The position numbers and the translations under genes are program-made. Below the pieces are notes generated by a model that was not told where the DNA came from, searched no databases, and worked only from the letters and a program-made list of their open reading frames with translations. DNA of 64,000 nucleotides from Candidatus Terraquivivens tengchongensis. Its GTDB lineage: Archaea; Thermoproteota; Nitrososphaeria_A; Caldarchaeales; Wolframiiraptoraceae. Location of the stretch: NCBI GenBank assembly GCA_023261845.1, contig JALNJZ010000002.1, positions 128,001 to 192,000 of the forward strand. The letters are read 5' to 3'. Below are positions 11,506-21,456 of this stretch, in pieces (position 1 is the first letter of the stretch; each line of letters begins with the position of its first letter).

Positions 11506-11903
11506 ACGCTATTCTAGAGTTAAGGGGCAGGGTTATAAAAGGAGGAAGGGCCGAAGGCGAAGCATTGGTCTCATCGCAACCGATATCCTTCTACGGAGGC
11601 ATTGACCCTGACACGGGAATAGTTAGGGAAAAGGGGCATGAGTTGGAAGGCAAGAGCGTAGCCGGAAAGGTTTTAATCTTTCCGCATGGGAAAGGTTCAA
11701 CTGTCGGTTCCTACATAATTTACAGGTTGAAGAAAAAGGGCGTAGCACCGAGCGCGATAATAAATCAGAGATGCGAGCCTATAGTTGCCGTTGGTGCGAT
11801 AATAAGTGATATACCTACGATTGATTGTGTTGACATCAGCAATTTTAAGAGTGGTGATTGGATAAAAATAGAGGACGGAAAAATAATTGTAGAACGGCGC
11901 TAG
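11502..11903 (+). CDS. Aconitase X swivel/small subunit (DUF126; putative phosphomevalonate dehydratase small subunit)
   Basis: GEALVS..ISFYGGIDPDTG..GKGSTVGSY; ATG 11502 overlaps the upstream stop (ATGA). Confidence 0.9.
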   Translation: MNAILELRGRVIKGGRAEGEALVSSQPISFYGGIDPDTGIVREKGHELEGKSVAGKVLIFPHGKGSTVGSYIIYRLKKKGVAPSAIINQRCEPIVAVGAIISDIPTIDCVDISNFKSGDWIKIEDGKIIVERR

Positions 11904-13036
11904 AGATCACCTATGAAGAACTCTCTGATCTTTTCAGCTATATAGCGTAAGTCATCAGTGGTTACTTTAGGATGTACTGGCAGGGAGAGCACTTCATCAG
12001 AAGCCTCTTCGGACACAGGTAATGAACCTCTCTGGTAGCCGTAAAGTCCCATGTAGAGTGGGTGCAGATGAACTGGGTTTGGCCAATAAATTGCCGCTTC
12101 TATACCGTTTTCCGTGAGATATTTTTGGAGCATGTCTCTCGACTTTTTAGACCCACCACCCCTAACTCTTATTGTGTAAACATAATGTGATGGTTTGACG
12201 TAGGAAGGAAAAGTTGGGGTGATGATGCTAGGTATGCCTTCGAGGTAATCCTTCAGGACTTCCGCATTCCTTGCCCTAATGGCATTTAGCTTCTCGAGCT
12301 TCGAAAGTTGTACAAGACCGATCGCGGCCTCAAATTCTGTCATCCTATAGTTCAGCCCGGGTATCACGGCCATATGCGCCTCTTCCTGACCATGTGTCCT
12401 GAAGAGCCTACACTTCCTGGCATACTCGGCGTCATTTGTAGTTATAATTCCGCCCTCGCCAGTAGTCATGTTCTTGCTGGCGAAGAAACTAAAGCATCCC
12501 ATATGACCGATGCTGCCGATCTTTTTACCTTTGTAAAGCGCTCCATGTGCCTGGGCAGCATCTTCGATAACTATCAGCCCTTTATCCTCAGCGATCTCCA
12601 TTATAGCATCCATTTCGGCAGGACATCCGTAGACATGCACAGGTATTACCGCCTTCGTGTTATCCGTTATAGCGTCTTGAAACTTTTCAGGATCCATGCA
12701 TAGCGTTTCAGGGTCTACGTCCACGAATACAGGTTTTGCGCCCTGGATAAGTACAACGTTTGCCGTAGCCACAAAAGTCATTGCAGGTATTATGACCTCA
12801 TCACCGTGTCCTATGCCACATGCTGCGAGGGCCGTGTGGAGGGCAGCAGTCCCAGAATTTACAGCAATTGCATACTCAACGCCGATGTATGATGCGAAAC
12901 TCCTCTCAAACTCACTAACTCTTTCACCGCTACCGTGCCATGTAGTGAGCATACCCGTCCTGAGAACCTTAGAAACTTCCTCTATCTCTGCTTCATCGAT
13001 TACAGGTTGGTTTATTCGAATCTTTTTATTGACCAA
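11900..13036 (-). CDS. DegT/DnrJ/EryC1/StrS-family sugar aminotransferase
   Basis: NSGTAALH, IEDAAQAHGA, FSFFASKNMTTGEGG, GLNYRM, LSLPVHP. Confidence 0.93.
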   Translation of the reverse strand: MVNKKIRINQPVIDEAEIEEVSKVLRTGMLTTWHGSGERVSEFERSFASYIGVEYAIAVNSGTAALHTALAACGIGHGDEVIIPAMTFVATANVVLIQGAKPVFVDVDPETLCMDPEKFQDAITDNTKAVIPVHVYGCPAEMDAIMEIAEDKGLIVIEDAAQAHGALYKGKKIGSIGHMGCFSFFASKNMTTGEGGIITTNDAEYARKCRLFRTHGQEEAHMAVIPGLNYRMTEFEAAIGLVQLSKLEKLNAIRARNAEVLKDYLEGIPSIITPTFPSYVKPSHYVYTIRVRGGGSKKSRDMLQKYLTENGIEAAIYWPNPVHLHPLYMGLYGYQRGSLPVSEEASDEVLSLPVHPKVTTDDLRYIAEKIREFFIGDL

Positions 13037-13376
13037 GTTCTCTTACACGCCCCAGACAACCTAGTCTAGAGATAGAGTTTCCCCAAATAAATTTAAGATG
13101 AAGCTTGGTTTACAAAATTGTCAATCACAGCGCCGTAGCTCTCGAGAGGTTTTCTGGGCGAAATCAATAATATGTAGGTATGTCCTGCATGTTGTCTAAG
13201 TATTTTAACCTCGACCTGATTGGTTAAATGTAACTAGTACCATCCATAACCTCAAAATTAGATGGGTTATCAAGATTGCGACCATAAATGGTACCAAAGC
13301 GATACAATTTCGATATCCCAAAAATGAGTAACGACAGCAATATCGAGAAGTCCACCTAGACACGTTGAGAAATTGT

Positions 13377-13481
13377 TGTGATATCACATAATGTTATCCA
13401 TATGTTACATGATCACAAATTCCACGGTTTACTGTTTTGTATTAAAAAACGAGTTAAACAAAGGAGTAAGATGACGTCACA
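13377..13481. promoter_or_regulatory. Cluster of short palindromes/TCACA motifs in a long AT-rich intergenic region
   Basis: TGTGATATCACA (13377-13388), TGATCA (13410-13415), TGACGTCA (13472-13479). Confidence 0.4.
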
Positions 13482-13592
13482 TAGCGTCAAGGTGCGTAAT
13501 ACAAAAAGACTATCGGAGCAACTCTCACAAGAAAATTATTAATTGTACACAATAATTCCAGTTTACAAAAGTGTAGACTAGGGTGATGCAAT

Positions 13593-13976
13593 TTGGATGC
13601 TACGCTCCTTGATGAGATGAAGCAGTATTGGGAGAATGACGTCATATTCAAGCTACTCAGCGAAAGGTGCTCTCTTACTAAGAAGCAACTCGAGACATTA
13701 TTGATAGATCTATTCTTGGAAAGCAAGGGCATAAAGCTTCCAGTAGAGGAGAAGGCAAAGCTTCGTGGGGTCTCGAAGGGCTCTTTTTTAAGAACCAAGA
13801 AACAAGCAATAGATAACATAACTAGGTCACTTTACACAGTATTGCTGCTGGGCTATCTTGGTCTTTTTGAATTGCCAACATACTCTTGGTTCTTGGAAGC
13901 CTCTGAGACCCTAAACGGCAGAAATCCCGAAGTAATAGCTAGCCTGCTACTTAGGCTTACGGAGGCGAAAAAGTAA
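13593..13976 (+). CDS. Hypothetical HTH-containing protein
   Basis: SLTKKQLETLLID..EEKAKLRGVSKGSFLRTKKQA resembles an HTH; GGGTGA RBS upstream of TTG. Confidence 0.6.
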   Translation: MDATLLDEMKQYWENDVIFKLLSERCSLTKKQLETLLIDLFLESKGIKLPVEEKAKLRGVSKGSFLRTKKQAIDNITRSLYTVLLLGYLGLFELPTYSWFLEASETLNGRNPEVIASLLLRLTEAKK

Positions 13977-13978
13977 AA

Positions 13979-14410
13979 ATGGACACATCAACGGCTGTCT
14001 TTATTGCATTGTTTTTTACACAAACAGCGATATTCTATATGCTATTACGTAGAGCTAGTACGCATACGAGAATGACGTCAAATGATGCAATCACAGATGA
14101 GCTGGTAAAGATAAAAGAAGCGCTCAGCAATATAGAGAATAGACTAAGTGCATCAAATTGCACGTTTAATGTTCCTGAAAAAGTAACGGAAGATGACTTT
14201 AACCAAACGTGTTATAGGGTGTTAGAACTTCTAAAAACAGAAGGCCCGTCCTCATCCTCAGAGCTTAGCGTTAAACTCAACCGAAGTCGTGAGCATGTTT
14301 CCAGAATTTTAAAGAACCTCTATACAAAGGGACTCGTCACAAGGACGGGTAAGCCCTTTAAGTATAGAATAACAGACAAAGGCCTTTTATTTCTGGAAAA
14401 CGCTGCATAA
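13979..14410 (+). CDS. Membrane-anchored winged-helix protein (N-terminal TM helix, short coiled coil, MarR/TrmB-like wHTH)
   Basis: TAVFIALFFTQTAIFYMLL hydrophobic helix; SSSELSVKLNRSREHVSRILKNLYTKGLVTRTGKPFKYRIT. Confidence 0.7.
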   Translation: MDTSTAVFIALFFTQTAIFYMLLRRASTHTRMTSNDAITDELVKIKEALSNIENRLSASNCTFNVPEKVTEDDFNQTCYRVLELLKTEGPSSSSELSVKLNRSREHVSRILKNLYTKGLVTRTGKPFKYRITDKGLLFLENAA

Positions 14411-14443
14411 GATTTTTTAGAAAGGGTTTAGCAAGATAAAGTC

Positions 14444-14564
14444 GGCTTGCCGGCCATAGATGGGGGGAAACGCCCGGACCCATTCCGAACCCGGAAGCTA
14501 AGCCCCCATCGCGTGGAAGTAGTCTGGTGCGAGAGCCCAGGCGAGAGCCACGTGCTGGCAAGCC
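14444..14564 (+). rRNA. rrf: 5S rRNA (stand-alone)
   Basis: GGCTTGCCGGC/GCTGGCAAGCC terminal helix, GGCCATAG, CCCATTCCGAACCCGGAAGCTAAGCC conserved 5S motif, ~121 nt. Confidence 0.95.
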
Positions 14565-14579
14565 ATTGTCCATTATATT

Positions 14580-16076
14580 TTAACGTTTCATGACCTGTAA
14601 CTGTAATGCATAAATCTGTTTTTCGTAAACCCTTCTAATACAGCCTGGGTCTGGCATTAGGTAATCTCCGAAATACCTGTAGGCCCTGGCCCTACAGCCG
14701 CCGCAAATGAACTTATATGAACATATCCCACACCCACCCTTCAGTTTATTCCTGTCCCTAAGCTCGTTAAGAACGCTTGAATTGAGCCATATCTTTTCGA
14801 ATCTTTCATGCCTTAGGTTGCCGAGCTTTATTGGCATGAAGACACACGGCTGTACGTCACCCTCAGGACTTATCGCCGCATAAACTCTGCCTGCGCCGCA
14901 ACCGCCAATGAACTCTGCAACTTCTGGTGTTATGCCAGGAATATTCGCATAGTGGGTCGTGGGAATTACGGGTTCAATACATGGAATTGTTAGGTTAGCT
15001 GCGCAAATCTCCTTCATAATTTCCTCTTTCATCTCCAGTCCAACTCTAGCAAACTGGGGCGCTGTTGTATAGATTTTTAACTTCTTGTTTTGAAGCATGT
15101 TGAAAACTAACCTCTTATACAAGTATCTCATAAGTTCTTCCCTTTCATACGGTGACGGGTCATTGTCTAAGATTCCCGTGGCCCTACCAGTCGGTATAAA
15201 ATTAAAACATATGAAATAGTCGGCCCCAAGTTCCTCGACAAAGTCAACCATTTTTTGTACCTCTTGTATGTTATGTTTGGTTACAGTTGTGGCAACGCCT
15301 ACCGTAACGCCCTCTTCTGCCAAGTATTTAATTGCAGAAACCGCTCTGTCCCAGCTATTAGGAATCCCCCTAAACTCGTCGTGCGTTTTTGGGTTTATCC
15401 CGTCTAGGCTTATTTCTGCATAGTGAATGGTTTTGGCGAGCCTCTTAGCGACATCCTTCGTTATGAGTGTACCATTTGAGGCAATCGTTACATACATACC
15501 ATGATCTCTTGCACTGCTTGCAACCTCGAAGAAATCTTGCCTAACAAGTGGCTCCCCTCCTGAAAATGCAATAGAAGTGACGTCTGCATCTGAAAGTTCA
15601 TTAACAACACGAAGCGCCTCGTTTGTCGTAAGCTCCGTTGGTAAGCTTACACTGGCGTTTTGATAACAATGTTTGCATCTAAGGTTGCATCTGTTCGTAA
15701 AGTTCCAAACGACAAAGAGCGGCGCACCTGTGACGAAAGGTTTCGTTGCACCAAACCAGGCCAAACCCTTTATAGTTGACGTCAGCCCCTTTCTCCAGTA
15801 CGATACGCTTAAAGCCTTGACCAATGCGTCTTGGTTAGCATTTAGTGCTTTCAAAGTGACAAAAGTAAAAAATTTAAGCGCAGAAACGATTGACGTACAT
15901 ACGATGCACTTCTTTTGTTTAATCCCTAAGCATTCATCGAAAAATATGTCTATGGGTCTCTTACCACACCTATTGCATTTTTCTAGACTCTTCTTTATTA
16001 ATGCTCTTGGCTGTGAACTTGAAAGAATAATGCGTATGGCATTGAAGCCAAGCGAAATCGGTACGCTACTCATCAA
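14580..16076 (-). CDS. Radical SAM/SPASM-domain protein with an additional Cys-rich N-terminus
   Basis: CNLRCKHC motif, FSGGEP, CGAG..PCVF..CGICSYKFICGGCRARA SPASM motif. Confidence 0.9.
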   Translation of the reverse strand: MMSSVPISLGFNAIRIILSSSQPRALIKKSLEKCNRCGKRPIDIFFDECLGIKQKKCIVCTSIVSALKFFTFVTLKALNANQDALVKALSVSYWRKGLTSTIKGLAWFGATKPFVTGAPLFVVWNFTNRCNLRCKHCYQNASVSLPTELTTNEALRVVNELSDADVTSIAFSGGEPLVRQDFFEVASSARDHGMYVTIASNGTLITKDVAKRLAKTIHYAEISLDGINPKTHDEFRGIPNSWDRAVSAIKYLAEEGVTVGVATTVTKHNIQEVQKMVDFVEELGADYFICFNFIPTGRATGILDNDPSPYEREELMRYLYKRLVFNMLQNKKLKIYTTAPQFARVGLEMKEEIMKEICAANLTIPCIEPVIPTTHYANIPGITPEVAEFIGGCGAGRVYAAISPEGDVQPCVFMPIKLGNLRHERFEKIWLNSSVLNELRDRNKLKGGCGICSYKFICGGCRARAYRYFGDYLMPDPGCIRRVYEKQIYALQLQVMKR

Positions 16077-16156
16077 GTTATTACAGGTTTTAGGAGTAAA
16101 AATAAGTTTTCCATATTTTTTAACGGTGAAAAATCTAATTAAAAAATAGAATGAAA

Positions 16157-16579
16157 TTAAATGATGGTTACGCTCTCTTCACGAAACTCCTTGTTTTTCT
16201 CATCAAAAATCCATGCAGTAACCTCTTTAGCCCCCTTATTATATATGGACACGATAAGGTAGCTCATGGAGGGCCAGGCGACTTCTGCATCGTAGGCCGA
16301 CGGTCTTGCGGGGTAGTCAGGATGGGAGTGATACACTCCGATGAGCATCAGTCCGTGCTTTTCAGCATCTTTCTCCACATTGTATATATCTAATGGGTCA
16401 ACCACATATCTCCTTCTCCTATCCCCCATGTAAACGTTTTTACTCCTGACAACTTTAGCAATAACTTTTCTTTCGTCTTCCTTTCTTCCTACCAGAAGCC
16501 CACAACACTCTTCAGGATAGGTCTCTAAAGCGTGCCTGATAACCTCATCCAGATCGGCTTTGCTTATTACGAGTGTCAA
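16157..16579 (-). CDS. Mec-like JAB/JAMM (M67) metallopeptidase
   Basis: YPEECCGLLVG, GVYHSHPDYPARPSAYD, SYLIVSI; adjacent to cysteine synthase. Confidence 0.88.
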   Translation of the reverse strand: MTLVISKADLDEVIRHALETYPEECCGLLVGRKEDERKVIAKVVRSKNVYMGDRRRRYVVDPLDIYNVEKDAEKHGLMLIGVYHSHPDYPARPSAYDAEVAWPSMSYLIVSIYNKGAKEVTAWIFDEKNKEFREESVTII

Positions 16580-16623
16580 CCCTTTAACGGAATGCTACAG
16601 TAATATATATTCTAAAATGTGGG

Positions 16624-17604
16624 TTATGTCTGGAACTCTTCCCTCCAGAAGCGCTCCTCAACATATCTCTCGCCTCCGTCAGGAAAGATGACTACCAACG
16701 TCCCCTCCTCTAACTCTCTGGCTATTTTTATACCGGCGGCGAGCGCGGCACCAGACGATATGCCGACAAGCATCCCTTCGACCCTTGCAAGCTTTTTGAC
16801 CATCTCATAAGCCTCACTCGTGGATACGCTTATACACATGTCGCTGAAGTTTTCATCATATATCTTCGGTTTGATACTCGTAGCCATATGTTTCAACCCC
16901 TCAATTCCATGAAAACCTGAATCTGGTTGAACCTCCACGAGCTTTATACCCGGATTAAATTCTTTTAACCTCCTTCCAACCCCCATGAGCGTTCCAGACG
17001 TCCCAACACCAGCAACAAAATGTGTCAACCTTCCATTAGTTTGCTTTATGATCTCAGGACCCGTCGTTGTGTAGTGAGCCAACCAGTTTGCTTCGTTGTC
17101 ATATTGATTCGCATAAAAGTATGCTTTTGGATCTTGTTCGTATAGTTCATGGGCTTTTTTAATTGCACCGTTTAACCCGTCAACAGGGTTTGTAAATATG
17201 ACTTCGGCTCCATAGGTCTTCATAATAGCGACCTTCTTAGTGTTAGCGTTCGCTGGAACCAGCATCTTGCATCTATAGCCGAGGGTCGCAGCAATCATCG
17301 AATAAGAAATTCCCATGTTGCCGGAAGTGGCATCGAGGATTGTTTTGTCAGGTGTTAGAGCCCCGTCCTTTATGGCACTTAAAATTATGTTCAGCGCAGC
17401 CCTGTCCTTGACGGAGCCTCCTGGGTTGAAAAACTCGAGCTTAGCGTAAATCTTAACACGATCCTTTACACCATATTGCGCTGGTAATTTTTCAATCCTA
17501 CAAAGTGGTGTATTGCCGACGAGTTTTAGAGGTTTATCATAAACCCTAAGATGATGCGTATTGTAATCGGCTTGGACCCATGAATTGAGTCGTTTAACCG
17601 ACAC
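16624..17604 (-). CDS. Cysteine synthase (CysM-like, PLP-dependent)
   Basis: VGNTPL, KLEFFNPGGSVKDR, DATSGN, GVGTSGT, IEGLKHM, GISSGA, FPDGGERY. Confidence 0.9.
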   Translation of the reverse strand: MSVKRLNSWVQADYNTHHLRVYDKPLKLVGNTPLCRIEKLPAQYGVKDRVKIYAKLEFFNPGGSVKDRAALNIILSAIKDGALTPDKTILDATSGNMGISYSMIAATLGYRCKMLVPANANTKKVAIMKTYGAEVIFTNPVDGLNGAIKKAHELYEQDPKAYFYANQYDNEANWLAHYTTTGPEIIKQTNGRLTHFVAGVGTSGTLMGVGRRLKEFNPGIKLVEVQPDSGFHGIEGLKHMATSIKPKIYDENFSDMCISVSTSEAYEMVKKLARVEGMLVGISSGAALAAGIKIARELEEGTLVVIFPDGGERYVEERFWREEFQT

Positions 17605-17684
17605 AAAAGACCAGTCGCCTCCTCTTTCATTGAGCCTTTAGCTCTCTGCCTAATAAACATACATTTGACCGAGTTCTGGTCAAT

Positions 17685-17993
17685 TCACCGCTTTTCAGTA
17701 GCTTTTTTCGCTTTCATTTTCATCTCTATGTTGGCAATCTTCTTCTCACACTCAGCTACAACAAACCTCTTTCGCGAGAAGACAAAGTGAAAGGCGAGTC
17801 CTATGCCCCAACCGAATAAAGGCCATACGAACCATATTGTCGCAGGAGATGTATAAAGGTTAATGAATACCAAGAAAACGTTAACTATTATATAGGAAGC
17901 TAAATGGGATAAAAAACCCCGATTGGCCTCCTCTAACTCGAACTCTATCCAAGCTTTCTTAAAATCTTCTAATGCCTCTTCGGATGCGTTCAT
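17685..17993 (-). CDS. 2TM-domain membrane protein
   Basis: GFLSHLASYIIVNVFLVFINL..WFVWPLFGWGIGLAFH. Confidence 0.8.
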   Translation of the reverse strand: MNASEEALEDFKKAWIEFELEEANRGFLSHLASYIIVNVFLVFINLYTSPATIWFVWPLFGWGIGLAFHFVFSRKRFVVAECEKKIANIEMKMKAKKATEKR

Positions 17994-18065
17994 GAAATCT
18001 AACAGGAATTAATCGGATAAAAGCCTTCTTGTTTTTATGGGGTATACAAATATTGCCTCCCACCC

Positions 18066-19197
18066 TTACTCATAACCAAATTGATAAAGTATCATAGAAG
18101 AGCTTAGGATTTTTGTTCGCATCTGAGAAGGGAGCAGGAAAGAATCTCCCGGTTTTATGTCACAACTCCTGCCTTCAACTTCGATTGTGCCGTTACCTTC
18201 GACAACAAAGCATATTAGCTCTTTATCCTGATTGGACGGTATGTATTCTCCGTTAAACTTAACAATATCGTGGAACAAGCGCATATAGTTCGGCGAGAGC
18301 CTCCCATAGAAATTTTGTCCGAGACTCCTGACCCCTTCAAGAGTCTTATACAAATCTCTTCCACCAATCTCATCGATATTGTTAAAGGTTTCTTCAGGAA
18401 AATCTTTCTCGATCAACTCTATGTCTTGGACAAAATCCCATGGTCCAGTCTCTTCAGAGCCGCATACGAATAGGAATTCAACTTCGCACCCCTCTTTATT
18501 TTTGAACCCATGGACCTGCCCTCTCTTTATATAAAGGATATCGGTCTGCGTGGTTCTAGATACTTTACCGTCAAGATAATGTAGCCCGTCTATGTATTCC
18601 GGTAAAAAGTGGTGCTCATCAAGAAAACGGTGGTAATGAAGTGGAGCTCTATCCTTTACCTTAACAACGTAAAGACCTATGAATTCGCTAGCAATCATTT
18701 TGGTAAAGTGTGAAATGGTGTTCTGGGACGTTTTTCCAGTTAACTATATATGTGCCGTTTCCTAATGTAATTTGTTCGACCGAACTCAGAAAGTTTTCAT
18801 GGATGTTTTTTAAGACCGCATGGTCGTCCTTTACAGAAGATAAATCATCCTCAACGAGGTTTAGGGCTTGAACGTATTGATGGAGCATTGGGAAAACTCT
18901 ATGATCTTTATACGCTTGGTGGTATCTTGCAGAGTGTAGCAAGGCAAGCCCCCTGAGAACGGTTTCGATGTCTCGTTTGTGAGCTTGTATCTCGCCTGCC
19001 TCTACCATCTTTTGGATTAGACTCATTATAGGTCTATAAACGTCCAAACTCCTAAAAGCGCTCACATAAAGCCTGGCATATTGAATTTGGTTTTTTACAG
19101 GCTTTAAGGTCCTAGAATTTACGAATTCTTCCGCAGCCTTTACGACATCCTTAAACTCTGCAGAACCCCTCATCAACGTTAGAATATTTATTGCCAA
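18066..19197 (-). pseudogene. Cupin-domain protein apparently split by a frameshift (ORFs 18688-19197 and 18066-18698)
   Basis: Cupin motifs PLHYHRFLDEHH and IKRGQVHGF; removing one base at ~18705-18707 joins the frames (HHFTL-TKMIASEF). Confidence 0.5.
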
Positions 19198-19236
19198 TTA
19201 AAAGTGTTTCATGAAAAACAATATAAAAAGAGATAA

Positions 19237-20127
19237 TCAATCAAACTGAACCCTTACGCCCTCTTTTCCACTTCTTATGATTTTCTCGAACTCTTGCATG
19301 ATCTTTTTAGTTATCGGTCCTGGTACCCCGTCCCCAATTTGTATTCCGTTTATTTTAACGACTGGCAGTATCTCAGCGCCAGTTCCTGTCAAGAAGACTT
19401 CCTCTGCAGTAATTAATTCAAAAGGTGTTATGTCCCTTTCTACAATCTCCATTCCGAGTTCACGTATCAACTTCATAACCCTCCTTCTTGTTACGCCGTC
19501 TAGGATGCCCGCTGTTGGTGGCGGTGTAGCTATAGCGCCGTTCTTAACGATGAAAAGGTTTGCCGCCTCTGCCTCCGAAACAAACCCTCTACTATCAAGC
19601 ATGATAGCCATATCGGCACCAGCCTCGATTGCCTCTAACTTCGCGAGTATGCTGTTGAGGTAGTTTAACGACTTAACTTCGTGTGTAGTCGCCGAGACTG
19701 AATCCCTTCTCGTTGATGTTATGATCGCGGATATGCCCCTCTCTTTAGCGACTCCACCTACCAACTGTATCTGCTCAACTATAATTATTATGCTTGGTTT
19801 GGAGCATTTTCTAGGGTCTAGGCCTAAGTCACCTACGCCTCTGGTCACGACGAGTCTAATGTAAGAATCCTTAACACGGTTCCTCTTAACGGTCTCGACA
19901 ACGGCAGCTATCATTTCCTCCTTCGAAATGGGTATGTTAAGTTTGATGAACTTTGCTGAGTTGTACAACCTGTCTATGTGTTCCTTTAACAGAAATATTG
20001 TGCCATCGTAAACTCTTATACCCTCAAAGACACCGTCCCCATAAAGTAACCCATGGTCGTATACGGAAATTTTTGCCTCAGATTTCGGATAAAACTTCCC
20101 ATCAATATAAACTAATGGCTCGCTCAC
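19237..20127 (-). CDS. ilvE: Branched-chain amino acid aminotransferase
   Basis: DHGLLYGDGVFEGIRVY, KSLNYLNSIL, GILDGVTRR, EVFLTGTGAEI. Confidence 0.93.
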   Translation of the reverse strand: MSEPLVYIDGKFYPKSEAKISVYDHGLLYGDGVFEGIRVYDGTIFLLKEHIDRLYNSAKFIKLNIPISKEEMIAAVVETVKRNRVKDSYIRLVVTRGVGDLGLDPRKCSKPSIIIIVEQIQLVGGVAKERGISAIITSTRRDSVSATTHEVKSLNYLNSILAKLEAIEAGADMAIMLDSRGFVSEAEAANLFIVKNGAIATPPPTAGILDGVTRRRVMKLIRELGMEIVERDITPFELITAEEVFLTGTGAEILPVVKINGIQIGDGVPGPITKKIMQEFEKIIRSGKEGVRVQFD

Positions 20128-20255
20128 ATCCGCTCACATATGCTGTTCTTACTTCATGTTATATAAATTGTTACATAACTTTACTACTCGGCCTTAGTGC
20201 AACTTGCATGATGTGCACTTTAAGACTTTTTAAATAATCGTGACAATAAAACGTT

Positions 20256-21056
20256 TTACATAACGCCTGGCGGTACGTCTGTTCTAGTTCTCGGTTGCTT
20301 GAATTCTTCAACTCTCTTAAGCGAGCTAATGTAGAACTCAACCTTCTTTACCTGCTCCTCGAGCCTTGTGTAGTCTAGATGTTCAATCCTCAAAGCGGCG
20401 GAGAGTCTTTTCAACACTTCTATTGAAGCCCTAGGTTGTGCTATATCAGGTCTTTCTATCTCTCCAAGAAAACACACGCCTTCGATATTGCGCTGTGCTG
20501 CCAAACCTAACAATAGGCCGTTAAAGCCAGTTATGTACCCTTCGCCCCTCATTTGTTGTGCCCCATAAGATTCTACCTCCTCGTTAAGCCTAGCGTCTGT
20601 TACAGCATAAAAAACCCTTGGCTCTGGTGCTGATACGCCGGTGTGTGCCGCTCCTAATGTGTATATTCTTCTAACACCTAAACTGACTGCTAAATCTAAC
20701 AAATCGTCACACAATTCATACAATACATGGGGGTCCTGAGGCTGATAAAATCCTGTAAAAACAGCAAAATCTCTTCCGCCCCAATACAGTTTGAAAGAAA
20801 ACCTTTCAAACTGTATAAGAGAATTTTTGTGAAGGACATATGGTGGCATATAATCTAGTATCTCTGCTATTGGTTCCATCTTCAATTCCTCTATGAGATA
20901 TGCTGCTGCAATACCGCCTACGTTGCCCATCCCAGGAAGCGCTGCGACTAACGATTTGACAGTGACTCCCTTTTTCAATACGTTCACTTCCAAGCCTATC
21001 TCGCGCCCTTTAGTAGGAACAACACGCGCTCCTAATAGAGTTTGCCTAAGAACCAC
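20256..21056 (-). CDS. PAC2-family proteasome assembly chaperone-like protein (start probably TTG 20993)
   Basis: ALPGMGNVGGIAAAYLI, IYTLGA, GYITGFNGLLLG. Confidence 0.8.
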   Translation of the reverse strand: MVLRQTLLGARVVPTKGREIGLEVNVLKKGVTVKSLVAALPGMGNVGGIAAAYLIEELKMEPIAEILDYMPPYVLHKNSLIQFERFSFKLYWGGRDFAVFTGFYQPQDPHVLYELCDDLLDLAVSLGVRRIYTLGAAHTGVSAPEPRVFYAVTDARLNEEVESYGAQQMRGEGYITGFNGLLLGLAAQRNIEGVCFLGEIERPDIAQPRASIEVLKRLSAALRIEHLDYTRLEEQVKKVEFYISSLKRVEEFKQPRTRTDVPPGVM

Positions 21057-21099
21057 TCAGCTAACGTTTATTAGACCCTTAACCTAGAAAAATGATGAT

Positions 21100-21432
21100 A
21101 TGGGGAAAAGGAAAATAGTGTCTGAATCTGACGTCTTGGAAGAGCCGGTGACCCCAGGGCCTGGAGACGTTTATGGTGTTGTCGTAAAGATGTATGGATA
21201 TGATAGGGCTTTAGTAGAATGCTCAGATGGAAAGCAAAGGTTATGCAGGATAAAGGGACAACTGAAAAGGAGAATATGGATTAAGGAAGGAGATTTGGTG
21301 TTGGTAAGCCCTTGGGAATTTCAACAAGATAGGGGAGACATTTTTTGGAGGTTTACTAAGAATCAAGCTATAGAATTAGCCAAGCAAGGTGCCTTGCCTG
21401 ACTTCCTTAAAGCCAAGATAGAGGCTGGTTAA
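21100..21432 (+). CDS. eif1A: Translation initiation factor aIF-1A
   Basis: CSDGKQRLCRIKGQLKRRIWIKEGDLVLVSPWEFQQDRGDI. Confidence 0.95.
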   Translation: MGKRKIVSESDVLEEPVTPGPGDVYGVVVKMYGYDRALVECSDGKQRLCRIKGQLKRRIWIKEGDLVLVSPWEFQQDRGDIFWRFTKNQAIELAKQGALPDFLKAKIEAG

Positions 21433-21456
21433 AAGCTTACGTATGGTGAAGCTTTT

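Noticed and set aside
13040-13592. Replication origin call
   Set aside because: No clear ORB repeats and no adjacent cdc6/orc1; kept only as a hypothesis
14358-14573. 71-aa minus-strand ORF
   Set aside because: Antisense to the 5S rRNA gene; spurious
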